Positions 1 to 14,100 of a stretch of DNA of 64,000 nucleotides are shown here, one piece after another. Both the position numbers and the translations under genes were made by a program. This DNA is from Styela clava (Eukaryota). Location: NCBI RefSeq assembly GCF_964204865.1, contig NC_135262.1:6324001-6388000 (forward strand), written 5' to 3'. Within the stretch, counting starts at the first letter, position 1, and each line of letters opens with the position of its first letter. The notes beneath the pieces were generated by a model. That model did no database searches. It saw nothing but the letters and a program-made list of their open reading frames with translations, and was not told the DNA's origin.

Positions 1-62
1 GCTCCCGCCAAAAGTGTCCGCGTTCGCGATCGTACCGGTACTGTGACAAGTTACCCGTAGGC

Positions 63-1390
63 CAGGGGTTCTCAAACTTTTGGTGTTGCGGAGCCCTTGA
101 AAAGGTTGACTATTATTCACGGAGCCCCAAAATAAATGTTAAAATTGTAACTTTCAGATTAATATTCCTGAGCAAGTTAAAAGTACTTTACCCAATTTAA
201 ATGCTGAACCTTTTTTAATAGGGTTGATGCAAGTCATAAATAAAACTAAATTTTGAGCATAAATTATATATATATACTAAAGCTGTAAATTTGACACTTG
301 ACAAACATACTAATAAATTAGGGGTCGATCGGCATATACATGCATTGTTACACAATGACGACGTTAATTGCTTTTTTGTTCTCGTGGGGAATTATCAGTT
401 GAATGTGAAAAATATGTTACCATATTATAGTCATCGACGATGAAATGCTAAAAATAATAATTAATAAAGAGGTAAATCCGCAACTCACATTTCTTGATTG
501 AAAAGCGGCATTCCAAAATATTAAAACTAAAACTTAAAATGGAAGATCACACGTTTGGTTTCAGCAGACTCGCCTCAGATTGAAAACGCTTTTATAGACA
601 TTGTAAATCACAAAATTTGGTGTTATGTTAGGTCTTCATCGTAGTAGTAACTGCGAAATCGAAACACAGTCAATTGTGCGCGCGATGTACCTTTTTTTCC
701 CATTTTGAAACTACCGACGGAGCCGCACGTAATCAATTGTGCGCGCAATCCGCGATGTACCCTTTTTCATTCTGAAACTACCAACGGAGCCGAATGCAAT
801 AAAATAAATTTCAATTGCTCGTATTTTGCCCAGACATTGCGATTTTTTAAACGGCGATATCTTGCTCAAAATTAATCTTAAGTGCGAAAGAACGAATCAA
901 GTTTGACAAATTCCAAGATCGCAAAAATACGACTCCAATTTATTTATAGTTGGCAGTTTATCACGTATTTTATGTTATTTTAAAATAGTATGCTTTCATT
1001 TTAGTAATCCTAATAGTAATCTCGAATCAAACGTGAGTAACGATTGAATATATGGACATGGATTGAATATTTTACGCAACAGAAATCTCGTTATCCGTTT
1101 TTTTAATCGCAAAGAATGTTGCGCGGAAATTTCCGATTCCAATTTTGAACCACCTCCCTCTTAAGAATCCTTGCTGCGCTCCTGCTTATAAATAATGTCA
1201 TTTTTTAATTACGCCTCTTTGCCATATTTCGAGGCTATACTGTTGTCATATATTATCAAAGCTGTTATTGCTTCATTGAACAGTTACGAAATTAGTCAGT
1301 ATTTTAAAAAGTAATCGAATAGCTCGCGGAGCCCCTGGGTTTCTCTCGCGGAGCCCTGGGGCTCCGTACGGAGCACTTTGAGAACCTATG
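63..1390. mobile_element. Non-autonomous hAT (Charlie-like) DNA transposon, about 1.3 kb
   Basis: Termini CAGGGGTTCTCAAAC and TTTGAGAACCTATG; perfect 8-bp TSD CCGTAGGC at 55-62 and 1391-1398; repeated subterminal CGGAGCCC motifs at both ends; no transposase ORF. Confidence 0.9.
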
Positions 1391-4300
1391 CCGTAGGCTA
1401 CTCCTTCATTTTGGCCTCCATGATCATATATTTGAGTATTGCTCTCTTGTTTTTGTGTTTCGGACTTGAAAATGGTATATGATACAATTACCACAAGATA
1501 GAAATCACAATAATAAACTGTTGAGTACACCCGCATAATAATAGCATGGCCCCATCAATATTCTAATACTTTTTTTATGTTGCCATATCAATCCAATGCC
1601 AATTCGTATTTTTAGCATGATATTTTTCATATAGCCAAATAAATTTTTCAGCTTTGTTATAAAAAAGAAACATGTTTGAATACTAACCCCGAATATGAAT
1701 AAATTTACTGGTAGAGACTCTTGGGCGCCACCACATTTTGCTTAATTTCTTTAAATGTGTCGTTACGAAAGGCGAACTGCGTAGAATTTTGATCCAATTT
1801 CCCTGTCAGTCAAGTAGTGAGTCGGTAAGCTTTTATCATTTTAAAATTTGAGATATATTATATATATCATGTACATACAAACATATTGTTCCAGATAAAT
1901 TTCGACGTCATTTGTTTTGTTTTTAGTATATCAAAAGAAACTATCCATGTCTGATTTTCGAATATTAATTGAATTCTGTTATATTTTATTTAAATGTTAT
2001 TTTGTTTAACACAAAAAATAAATTGATCTTGAACATTAATAAGTATTATTAAAAGAAATGATGGTTTCATGGTTTATTTAACACTTCGATATCTTTACAC
2101 GCATATCCTTGAAATGTCATTTCTGTTTAATACTGCGGCACTGTTAGGTTTAAATAAATACAAGTATCACAAAAAGCTACGATTAGCGTTTCAGGAAGAT
2201 TTGTCTGATTTATGCAGATACTACACAAAACACTACAAAAGATATTTGGTTTCTATATGGTCTCTAATTTTTTAAATGCTTAACTAAAGAAAGCTATATT
2301 GAAGACGTTCTCTTCCGGTATCTTGAGATTCTGATTTTGGTATTCGTGTGTGAACTCCGTGACATTATTGTCTCTCTAATAATTTTAGTCATAAAATTAT
2401 AGGGATTGTATTCTCAATCATTTGTGACTGGAATGATCGAGAAGTTGGAGAGTATACCTTAGGTAGCTTAGTATGCTCCTGAGCTTTTCATTTTAGAAAA
2501 GGGCTGTTTCCAAATTCAGGGGGTGATAGATAGTTAGTTTTCAGCCATAAAATTATTTGTAACTTACCAAAATGTATTATGTATTTGACTGACCATCTGC
2601 GTCACATCTTAAATTAAATGGGAGGGGTGTTCACCTCTTATAGGGTGGTGTAGGAAAATCAGGAAACCTCTTCAGTGGTTAATCGACTTCCGCTAGTATG
2701 CGCTAGACAGCAGTTCAATTCCGGCTTTTGTGCATTTAAAAACACATACACATACACAAGACATACAACTATGTCAAGCAGTTGTTAACTATACTCAGAC
2801 AAGACCGTGTATCTGCTGATATACTATACACACAAAACCCATCAATAATAAAAGATCTAATTATGTTGCCAACTCTGTTATATATTACTTCTCTTTGTAT
2901 AAAACGGTGAGTGGCTCACAACCTTTTTTCCTAATTGCTATTTTGAACCGCTTCGTTTCTCTCTCAAATTTCCATATTTTGTTGTGTTTTGTTTCCATTT
3001 GTTGTTAAATTTAATTTTTAGTGGCTCATTGGGTAGTGATATGCGCAAATCGAACTAGCTTTTGTGAAGGTTAAATCGAAAATACCGTGTCCATAAATAT
3101 GCATTACAATATTACTAATTAGCCCCCCCCCCCACCCCAATAAAAAAAATTTAAAAAAAAAAGTGAAAATAAAATTATTCCTCGCGAAGGAATTTCTCGG
3201 AAATACCAAAATATTGACTTCCTGTTTTCAATACCTTGAATGTAGTTCAAATTGCTCGACGTCATCCAAGTTGTATTTTATTTTCGCTTGGTCTTTTTGT
3301 AATTCAATTTTTGACTGTAACACCGATATGAATATGTACAATTGGTCCTTTTGAAATCGACGAGTCAATTGTCTAAGACTCAGTATAAGACCTATACAGT
3401 ATATAGGTCGGTCAGACAGGCAAATTTTGAAACTTTGTCGCCGTTTGTGCTTTTTCTTTCAAGTTATGCACAATAATTGAACGATTGTATAATCCATGAA
3501 TGAATGAATTCCCCATGAAAATCGAAACTTGGAAAACATGGCTGATTGATATCTTCTGAGCGTAGTGCCCCCCCAAAAAAACTTCAGAAATATAAATTTC
3601 GCATTATTTTGGTAGAAAGAATAGAAAGATCTTTCATCGAAAGCCTCCGCCACGAATTCAAAAATGTGAGATTGGACTAAAAAATAACACCCCGACCGCG
3701 TTTTAAACAAGAAGAATTAGAAATTTTCAAGTTAGGGTTATGGTTCATGTTAGGAATGATGTGAAAATTTTCAGTGCAATCTTTATTTCTTACTCTAACC
3801 CTGACTCTAGCTGGATAATTACTATTTTTGAGCGGTGGCAGAGGTGTTTTATGGCGAGGGCTTTCTACAAAAGATCCGAAAAATCTTATATATACGTTAT
3901 TTTCTCGAAATGGGGTCTCAATCCAGTTCAAAATGTTTTAAAAAGAAGATGTTATTTTCACAACGACTTCCTAATAGCAATGACAATTTACTGTTCATGA
4001 AGATAAGCGCATATCAAAACTAAAGGCATTGTTAAATTATTCATGTACGGTCTTATTTGCGATATTGTTCGCCTCTTAAAAATAATAATTCATTATTTCG
4101 AGAATGTAATAAATATTTTGGGCTGAAGAGCAGTTTCATCAGTTTATGTAATTAGGGATATAGATATGTTTGATCTTTTGAATGAGGTATTATTATAATA
4201 TATATCTGCAGATAAAAGGTAAGTTAAACAAAAAATAAACAACTGCTGTCTACCTCACGGGTTCTCAAACTTTTGGTGTTATGAAGACCGTTACGAGGTT

Positions 4301-5942
4301 GACTAATATTTATGGTGCCTGACAATAAATTTATAAAAATAAAAACGAAAAACACGTAGTTACTTACCGATTGAAGTTACTGAGTAAATTGAAAATTACT
4401 TTCAATGACTCGGATAAATAAATATACCAATTACCTACTTAGAACGTCATTGTCAAATGTACGCTGCGAGAGGGTTAACATCTTGAGCAATTGTAGGGGC
4501 ATTCGAATGAATATATATAAATAATTGGGTGAGTAAAAGCTTTTAGATGATGATTTGTACTGATATTCATATATCCACAAACACGGTATAGAAATCCGGC
4601 TTCCATTCATATTTTATGTAGATGATAAGCCTCGGTTACACGAAAGTTGGACAGCGGTTTACAGCGGTGCGTATAGTTTCCAATTATAACCACGAACTAT
4701 CAATGACATATCATTCAGAGTATTTGTTACACAATAATGGAAAAAGTAATTTAAAAATTCTCTGCCAGATTATTCAAAATATGATGATGTCAGAGTATGT
4801 CATATTTGCCCTTTCATCCCGGATGTAGTAGTATGGTATCTTCAGTGGGTTTCAATAATGAAATCTCTTCGGTAAAAACTTTTATTTTCAATCCAGGCTT
4901 CTACATTATTTTTTATATCCAATCCGGGCCAGCCCTAAACCCATTTTCTTCAATACAATCTATAGTGCTATTCAGTATTTTCATCAGTTCGTACTTATTT
5001 TAAATATAAAAATAAATATTTCACGAATAATATATATAAATAATTTAGCGCACAATTTTTGTGTCAAGATGAGGATCAATTGGGTTTCCGCAAACTTGTG
5101 TACGCGTGTAAGTCGAGTCAACAGTAATTAGTGGTGTGTAGCAAGCGTACATGCACGAACACGTCAGATTTTGAAAAGTTTTTATGAGGGCTTGGTACTA
5201 TGGCGAATCAAAACATCTCGTCCGTTACCAGTCCATGCTGGTTATGGGGAATAATAAGCTAGTTATCAGTTTCAGATACATGGAATTGATGGTAGAAGAA
5301 GCCGAAACCGACCATTGGTTTCATGAACCAGCACCATACGAAGACGAGAGGTCCAGCAAACCTTCCAGACATAAATATCTCCCATGGAATTTAAACCTAC
5401 GAACCCACTCACTCAGGGTGATCATAGGTGCGATGGCAAGCTTGTTCCCAGTGCTCAGCACGATGGGCCAACATTTGAACGTGTATTAACACCACAAGGC
5501 TAACAGAAATACAGAATTCATTAGAGTGAATTGATGCGGGATGACAATCTACAGAGGTTTGTTTTTGTCTGATTACATTGAAACAAAGCAATATGGCTGA
5601 TGTAAAATCAAAGTCAATTCATTCCGATTTGAATCCGCGTTTTGATGAAAAACCCTCAATAAATACAATTCATAAAACACTGATGATAGCGATGTACTTT
5701 AATTATGAACTAATTTTTCTTTTCCCGTTTTTATTACGTCAATTTCATCAATCTATTTTAGCTTAGTTATTGTAAACCCAAATAGTGTTTTTTACCGGAT
5801 ATTTGAACTGAACGTAGTCACGTTTAAAACAGTATTTTTAGACTTCCAGACTCATTTCTAAACTGGCGCTTTAAACTTTGTTTTGCGAAATTGGTATAGT
5901 GATTGTCAGCTATACTTTTTATGTATTTATCCGACTGATTCC

Positions 5943-6460
5943 GCAATTGTTCCTTGTTGACAAAGTCGTATTTTCATGTTGGAAATACCCAATCAATTGA
6001 ATGTGGTATATTACAATTTCCATTAATGCTATCGTGAATTGGCAATGATGTCGACATTAATGATATCGTTGACGTTGTTGTCACAGTGCCGTTGAAATTT
6101 AGAATTTTAAACTTACCTTATGATTGGTAAAATTGGTGTAGATTTTTTCGTACAAAAGTTTTGGCCAAGTGGAGCAGTTCCTTGTCAACAAAGTCGTTTT
6201 TTTATGCTGGAAATACCCAATCAAATGAAATATAATACAATTCCTTATTAATTCTATCTAGAATTGACTGTAGGCAGACTTGGCAATGATATCGACGTTT
6301 TTAATATTGTTGACGTAAGCAAGATTACGCACAGGCGGAATCAAAACGTATGAATTATTCGAACCTTATCTGTCACAGAGCCGGCGATATTTAGAATTCC
6401 AGCATTGCATTACGATAGTTGGATATTTTCGTGCACAAACGTTTTTAACAAGTGGGGCAG
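5943..6460. repeat. Diverged two-copy tandem duplication (units about 230-290 bp)
   Basis: GTTCCTTGT..ACAAAGTCGT..GGAAATACCCAATCAA recurs at about 5949 and 6177, and TTGGCAATGAT, TGTCACAG and CAAGTGG.GCAGTT follow in the same order in both copies. Confidence 0.75.
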
Positions 6461-8133
6461 TTTTATTAGTTTCAGATTTTATATAAATGCTTGTCTAAAT
6501 AGGTAGAAGTGTGTTAGATAAGGTAGTCTATGCCGGACAGAGAACATAACAGTCTACTGTAAAAAGATAGCTCTCGGCATATTCATAGCTCTTTCCGATA
6601 GTTTTTGTATCCGTCTACATTTGCAGCTTATGCACCAACCATGTCGCCAATAAGGCAGACTCATGCAACGTTTTAATTGCATCGAACAGTTTGAAATAAT
6701 GGAAAATCAGCTATGCAGGTCCCCGACCGCAGGTGACTTTTCCGCTTTTATTTTCGACTTTATTTTGTGTTTAGTCGATTTTTTTAAACCTCGTCCCGGT
6801 AAAGGTTCTTTGTATGCGCAGTTATGTTCAACTATCGTATGCCCTTTTACATGTAATACTAAGCTTGCTTTCTAAGGCATGTTTTATTAAAGTCAATATT
6901 GTAATGATTGTTATTTAAGCGTAAGAGAGAAAAATAGATAACGATAAACTAGCATCACTATGTGATACTCGGGTAATGTTGAGTTTCCGCTTACCGCGAT
7001 GATTACTCGTATTGCATTCCTCATTCAAAAATCCAGCCCATTTGACCTACAGGTACGAAAAGATTCTTTGCAACTGGAAAGGTGACAGCTATTCAAATAG
7101 ATGAGCTAATATTTAGCTGACTATGAGTTTCAAAAGCAAAAGGACCCAGAATTCAGGAGAACAAAGCCAATACACGCATTTTTATTTTTATCGAACTAAA
7201 TCTTTATGAAAAACTATTTTTATATTATTGTCGTTGTTTTTTGAACTAACTTGACTCGTTCCATCTCAAATTACACCGGATATACATGAAATTGAAATGA
7301 GAAACGAAACATGAGATTTATCGATTTATAAGTATTTTAATTGTCGTACTAGTAGCGTGCTGTCGTTCACAGACATGCACTAGTGTTGTGCTGAGAGGTG
7401 GTACCCTGATGGTGATTTATCTTTCTTGTGGTTTCATAGTTATAATTGTAATTACTCATTTACATACTTTGTTGACTATACTGTATCTATATTGTGTTGT
7501 ATATTGTTTGTGATCTTTCTAAATGATATCATCGCGCAGCAGTAGCATATTATACAATGGTTGAGCGTCGAAGTACTGATAGGCCTTGAATTGAAAGTTG
7601 TGATACCTCTGTGATACAAAATGAGCAAGAGTTTTTACGTGTGAAATTAGTTTAATTGTGAAAAATTGTACAAGCATTCTCGCTTAACAACATTGAATAT
7701 CATTTAAGAGAATAATCTCAAAAGTATTGTGCTCAGATAGATCCTAAAAGCTTCTAATTGTAAAAGTATTAAAATGAATAATCGTTTTGTGAAAGATGTT
7801 TACCACTGTAAATTAAAAGATATAATATCTTTATAATATATTGCAGACTGAATTAAGAGCTGATACACTTAGACGACGCCCTCTGGCATATTACTGTTGC
7901 CAGCACTTGCCTACCGGCCGCTCTACAACTCGCCATTGTATTATGCGTGCAAATTGTAATTGACACGGCATTGCTCAGCTTTATCATTTTAAAGGAAGTT
8001 GGTTGGTGAATACTTATTTATAAACGTTTATTTTATATAGTTATATTTCTCTAAATTTTCATAAATTTAGATAATACCATATAGTTATAATTGTTCGCTC
8101 ATAAACTATTAGTGACGCTAGAAATATTTATGA

Positions 8134-11100
8134 ATGGATGCCAATTCAACTACTAGCCCACAATATGCGACTTCAGTGACACAACAATTCAGCAATTCCA
8201 GTTCAACCAACTCACATGACTTAGGTGCAAATGTTGGGAAAATTATATTCTTGGCGATTGTCGCAATATTTGGAACGTTGGGAAATATTTTAGTCATCGT
8301 TACCATACGGAAGGTAAGTTAATATTATTAGAAGTTATTGAATGAATAAGTTTGTTAATAGAAGCTTGCCGCGTATTTTAGTAAATGACTTTCTGAATCC
8401 ATTCTATGCACTGGGAAGGTTGCCATTCAATTTTGAATACACTAGTGTTTAGCGCGTTATACAAAGATATGTCGGGTATCTCTGGTTAACGCTCTTGATT
8501 CTAGTCCCCATACAAAGCGCACTATATCACCATAATTTGGAAGCTAAATTAGTTAAACGACAGTTGAAGTTAAAAAAATAGGGCATGGTTACAATATACA
8601 CCCAACTCCATAAATATATAAAGATTGATTTCGTTGTGGGTATAATCAGCGATGGCCAAATCCGAATATTTCACTATTCCGAATATATTATATAAAAGTA
8701 TTTTCGAATATGAAACATCGAAAATTTCTTAAATTGGGGCAAGTTCTTGTGGAAAATTTCATAAATTACTAATTTTCATGTTGATCTCATCTAAAACGAC
8801 ATAAACATAAATGTCATTGTTTTCTCTGGGTTCTTTGTTGGCAGTTGGGATATCGCATGTATTGATCTGTTTGTCTGGCAGCTCAACATCCCTCATTTAA
8901 AAAAAATGAATTTTCTAAATTATTCCCATATTCAAAGATTTACTATATATCGATATAATGAATTTTAAATAAATTCGAATTTTCGATTCGTTTCGGACAT
9001 CCCTGGGTTTAGTATTACACCGCCTATCATTGTCTCGCCACAAAATGCAAATTGATAGTGATTACCTATTTTTTTCGGCACAGTTTGTGTTTTTAAGTGT
9101 GTAAATTCGTGCAGTATGTTGCCACAAATAGGAATATAACGAGTCAAAAGTAAATTCTGGCACAAAAAAAATAATATTTGCCTAAATTCAGAACTATTAA
9201 TTTGGAATTGCATGGTTTATTGATAATAGAGATTAAAGTACGCAGAAAAGTAGCTCGTATCTCACCGTCGCCTTATTATCGCGGTACAATCGTGTTTGTT
9301 TAATAGATTAAGAAACCTGATTCATCGCGTTTCCCAATTTTTCATACTTCGTAACATTTGAGAATTTATTAAATGAGTAAAAACAGCTCGCAGTTAAACC
9401 ACCTTGACCTGGCTATTTTTTATTAATAGTATTGGTATAAATTACTGCAAAATAAATAATTAAATAATCATATGACTTTTTATCTTCAGGAAAAGAAACT
9501 TCGAATTCCAGGCAACTACTTCATAATTAATTTGACTGTATCGGACATCATTATAACTGCATTTAGCATTCCTGCAATTATATATAATTTAAGCAGGTGA
9601 ATCAAGTTTACAAAAGTTTGATGATTGAAGTAAATCAATAATCGTTTACTATTAAACTCAATCTTCTTGGGTGATTGATATGTGACTGATTCTTGGACAA
9701 AAACCATTGCGTAGAATGACGTGTACAAACTGGCCAAATTGTGATAGCCTGAATTAAAATTTGGAAATGCGGAAGCGTCAGTATTAGCGATGCAAAATAC
9801 ATGCTATTACTCATAATAAAGTACGAGCCTTGATGAAACTTACCTAACATCCAATAATTCGAAAGTGTTTACAGTACTGGCATATAAAATTGAATTGAAT
9901 TTGTTTAATTTTATAGTGAATTGGCCGGTGATTATATTGATTATGTTGAAAGTTCTGCGTTTTGTCAATCTTCGGCGTATGTGAAGATCATCGCCCTTCA
10001 CGTATCATGGTAAGTTGGCATCAAAATCAAGGTTTTGATCGGTGAAGTTTGTCCCAAATTATAAAATTCGACTTATTTTATTACGAAAACGGCAGTATTT
10101 CACTACAACACAAGGTTACCAACTAGTTACTGTAACCTTTTTATAATGCCAAAATTGACGAAATCGAGTAACAAAAACTGTGAAAATATTTTTAACAACG
10201 TGACCAGTCGACAGGGACGAGTCTAGGGGAGGGCCATAGGAGCAGCCCCCGATCAGCGCGTTGTATGGGAAAGCAGATAAATAGTTTGATTTTATAGATA
10301 CATGCGAGTTTGTTGATTAGTTTAATGATTTAATTAATAATACAAACATTTCGCTTCTACTTGACCGTTAATTCATTTTCGTGTACAACAACATACGTTG
10401 TTTTATCCCTCGAATTATTTTTAAAGTCTGATATAAGGAGCATCAGTATTAGAAACTAGCCCTGGGCATCAGAAAAGATTGGTACCCCCTGCCAGTCGGT
10501 TACGTAGTTCAGTTTCTGAACGATACAAGTTCGAATTTTTCAAATAAATCACCATCTAAATAGTGTTACCTATCAATCTGAATACCGCACATCAGTCCAC
10601 ACAAATAAACTTGACAATACTTTGCTTTTGAAAATGAAACCAGTGCGAATTATACTAAACAGTTTTACCCGAATTAATGTAAAACTTTGTGACTCAGGTA
10701 CAGTCTAGCATTCATCGCGTTGAATCGTTATTACACTGTGTGTCGCATGGACGAATATGCAAATCATTTTAAAAAGAAACGAGTCCTTATCACGATAATA
10801 CTAATTTGGTTATGGATTGTTCTCATCAATATTCCTATTATGGTCGGATGGGCTGTGCCAAACAACAAAGAGCTAAAGGAAAATTCCACAGAAGGTAAGG
10901 TATTTTGACTCGAACGTTTGATTAATAGTGGCAAAAGTTTGCCGGTTACTTGGCCACATGCAATATAGCAGAAAAAAAGATTATTATAAGTTCGAGGTTA
11001 ATTGACTGTCTCGATTAGTTGTAAACACACCTTCCTGACAGAACAGGGGTTCCCAAACTGGGTACATTCATCCCCAGTGGTATATTAGATTGAGTATAAG

Positions 11101-14100
11101 AATTATTCTTTTCATAACTTCTGATATGCCTTAAAATATTGTATCACATGATGTTAATAATTTAAAGAACTTTGTATAGTAAATCTTTGAAAATCCATAT
11201 TTTCACCTCAGTAAATATTTTAAATTCCACTACAGTAATTACCGAGTCCACATTCGCGTTCACAGAACTTATTTTGTTCAATCATAGCACGCGGGACAAT
11301 TTTGGGGGCACAAGCGATTTATAAATTATCCAAAGGGTAACTATCAACATTGAGTTTGGGAAACCTTGTGATAGACAAACCATTGTTCAAACAATGCAAG
11401 AAAAAATACAAACAAATTGATACTCTAATCGTATTTATTTCTATATACCATTAGTGCACCTTGCCTGAGAGTATATTTTGTTAAAGAGTGCACCTTTGTT
11501 TAATAATTTTGAACAACTACGTCGGCGTGAAAAGAACCCCTTTCGGTTTTTTAAATAACTGCAGCAAACATGAAATATAAATTAAATATTTTTAATTTAA
11601 ATAAAAAGTAATTTCTGAATAAGCATTTACCATAAAAACTCCATTTTTCGGGTACAGTCTGACACTCAAGAGAGTCGTGTTTATTTTCTTTTTGAACAAA
11701 TTGAAATTCTATTATTTTAGGTTATTATTTTTCATATCCGAGAAGTGGTCCACCGGTAGTATATGATCAGTCAACACACGATTGTATGGTAGGCGTAAAG
11801 AACCATGGCGGATATACTTATGCAAACGGATTTTTTGTGATGTGTATTCCATTGCTTGCTATTGTTTTCTGTTACGCACTGGTTTATATGGAAATTGTTC
11901 AAAGTCGAAGGAGGTTTGTATTATATATATAAATTGAGATTGTGTCTAAGTTTGTACAATTTTGACGTAAAATTTTTTTTATACTATTTGCGATATTACA
12001 ATTTCTCAGCTTTGATTTATAATTTTGTATAAAAGCAAAAAAGCTTTGCTGGCTTTCGTCTAAAAGATAGTTGAATGAGTGTTTTTGAAATTTGCTATTA
12101 GTATAATTCAAAACTTATATCTGAGATGAGTGTCTTTGAAATTTGCTATTAGTATAATTCAAAACTTAAATCACTTTTGTTCATGCCAATGAGCCCTAAA
12201 TATAGTAATGTTGTTTTTAACGTGGCGACTATTAAGTTGCTAGTGTAAAAACTGCAGTCTGATGATTAATGCACTCGAGCAGCGTTTCTTTAACTTTTTC
12301 TTTGCACCTACGCTTTTTATCTCGCCTCGCGGCACGCCAAGGAATTAGAAGGTAAAATTGATGGATGGTTTCCAAAATGGTAAAATTAAAATTAAATCGA
12401 CGGTTAGCGATATTGAACAGTCAACGAAAATCCAATGCTTTCTAGACTGACACGAGGACTGTCTGCCTGTTTGGATGGCAAAGCCTCTCCGTCTGTTTGT
12501 CGCCAGTTGGTTGACAAATTTACGACTCAGAGTCGCCGAAGTACAACCGAGATCGCCATAGCGACCAATTTAGTCGCAATTTTGATCCCTGTTCTGCGAA
12601 ACGCTTCGGAGCATCCGCGGAACAGCAGTTTGAGAAACACTGCACTATAGACTAGAGATAAAAGGCACAACTGCAGTTTTATGACTCAGTTTCTGATACC
12701 CTCCCCGCATATCTTCACTCTGTAAATGTCTTCATTTAGTTTGTACATGTTTTCATATTTAGAATGAAAGGCGCCTTGGATGCTAAACAGCTCAAAAAAC
12801 GATACAAGAAAGAAAGGAAAATATCACTCATGCTGGCAATTGTAGTGATTGTGTTCATATTATGTTGGGCTCCAGCTATCATATATGATTATACTTCGAC
12901 CATTGACGAATGGAAGTCAGGTAACCCGTCAGGTTTATTACGAAAAATTTAAATATAAATCAATCAATTTCTGCAATAAATTCAGCTTTCAGTCTAGTGA
13001 ATGGCGCCGAATCATCTACGACCAATCCCACGCGGGAATAATAAAACAATGTGGTCACTGGTCACCAGAGCAGAAATTTCGTTTTTATAGTTTTCGGGTC
13101 ACAATTCAACACAACGCTGGCTTTTACATTGCTGGAATTTTTTGGTGCTTCTTAATAATTTTAAACATGATAAAAATGTTCAAGATATTTAAAAGTCGTT
13201 CATCAAAAATCATTATTTGTGCGTGGCTTTTTTGATTATATCTCTCTCCTTATATACCCTTGAGTCCCAGATCATAACATTTTACGCTGTGAAAGCTGTG
13301 CGTCGAGTGCAACGGTCATATCGATTTGAACACTGAAATATAGCTTAGTATTAACAAAAATCATAAATAAATTTCGAGACTTGTTCGATATATTTTATAT
13401 GTTTTCATAATTTCATTTACTTCTTATCAATACACAAAAATTTCGTGCAATGATTGTCACGACAACAGTCATTTTCAAATATTCAAGTCATAAAAAAAAA
13501 CTATTCGTTTACAACATCCGCCAATACGTTTTACAAATTAAATTGTGAACCCTAGTTGTGGCATAGTGATATATAGCTCAATGTCTAATAATGTCACAGA
13601 ATCGAATGTGTCCTTTGATTAATTAATATCGATCATTTTTCTTCCGAATTATGGAAGTTTGTCTTTTTATTTTGCCATCAAATAGTATTTGTAAGGTCAT
13701 CGAATCCTCGTATTTTCAAAATAGCTTTTCTATATAACTTAACAATGATGTCGAAATCCCTCAAATATCGCCATTGCACCGTGTGTTTTTTTGCAGTGGA
13801 GAATTAATCTGTACACTGTTTCCAATATGCGTGCATAATAAATATTTAATAAATAGGTTCCAATTTTATAACTATATTTAAAATCAGGGTTTTATGAGTT
13901 TCGCGTGCCTTTCTTGTATCTCCGTCCATGATTAGCAAAAATGAATGAGTGAATAAAAAAATTTGTTAATTTCAAATAAATTTGGATTTACAAAACAGCA
14001 AATGCGGTACTATTATACCGATAGCTTACTGATTTATCTCATGTGATCTTGCACATCAAGTTTTTCCTTGCTATCGTCTTGAGTTGAACAAGTGTAGAAA

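Noticed and set aside
3690-3870. Interstitial telomere
   Set aside because: Only a few degenerate TTAGGG/CCCTAA-like units within what looks like an interspersed repeat.
12076-12170. Direct repeat of about 44 bp as a regulatory element
   Set aside because: A simple local intronic duplication with no further support.
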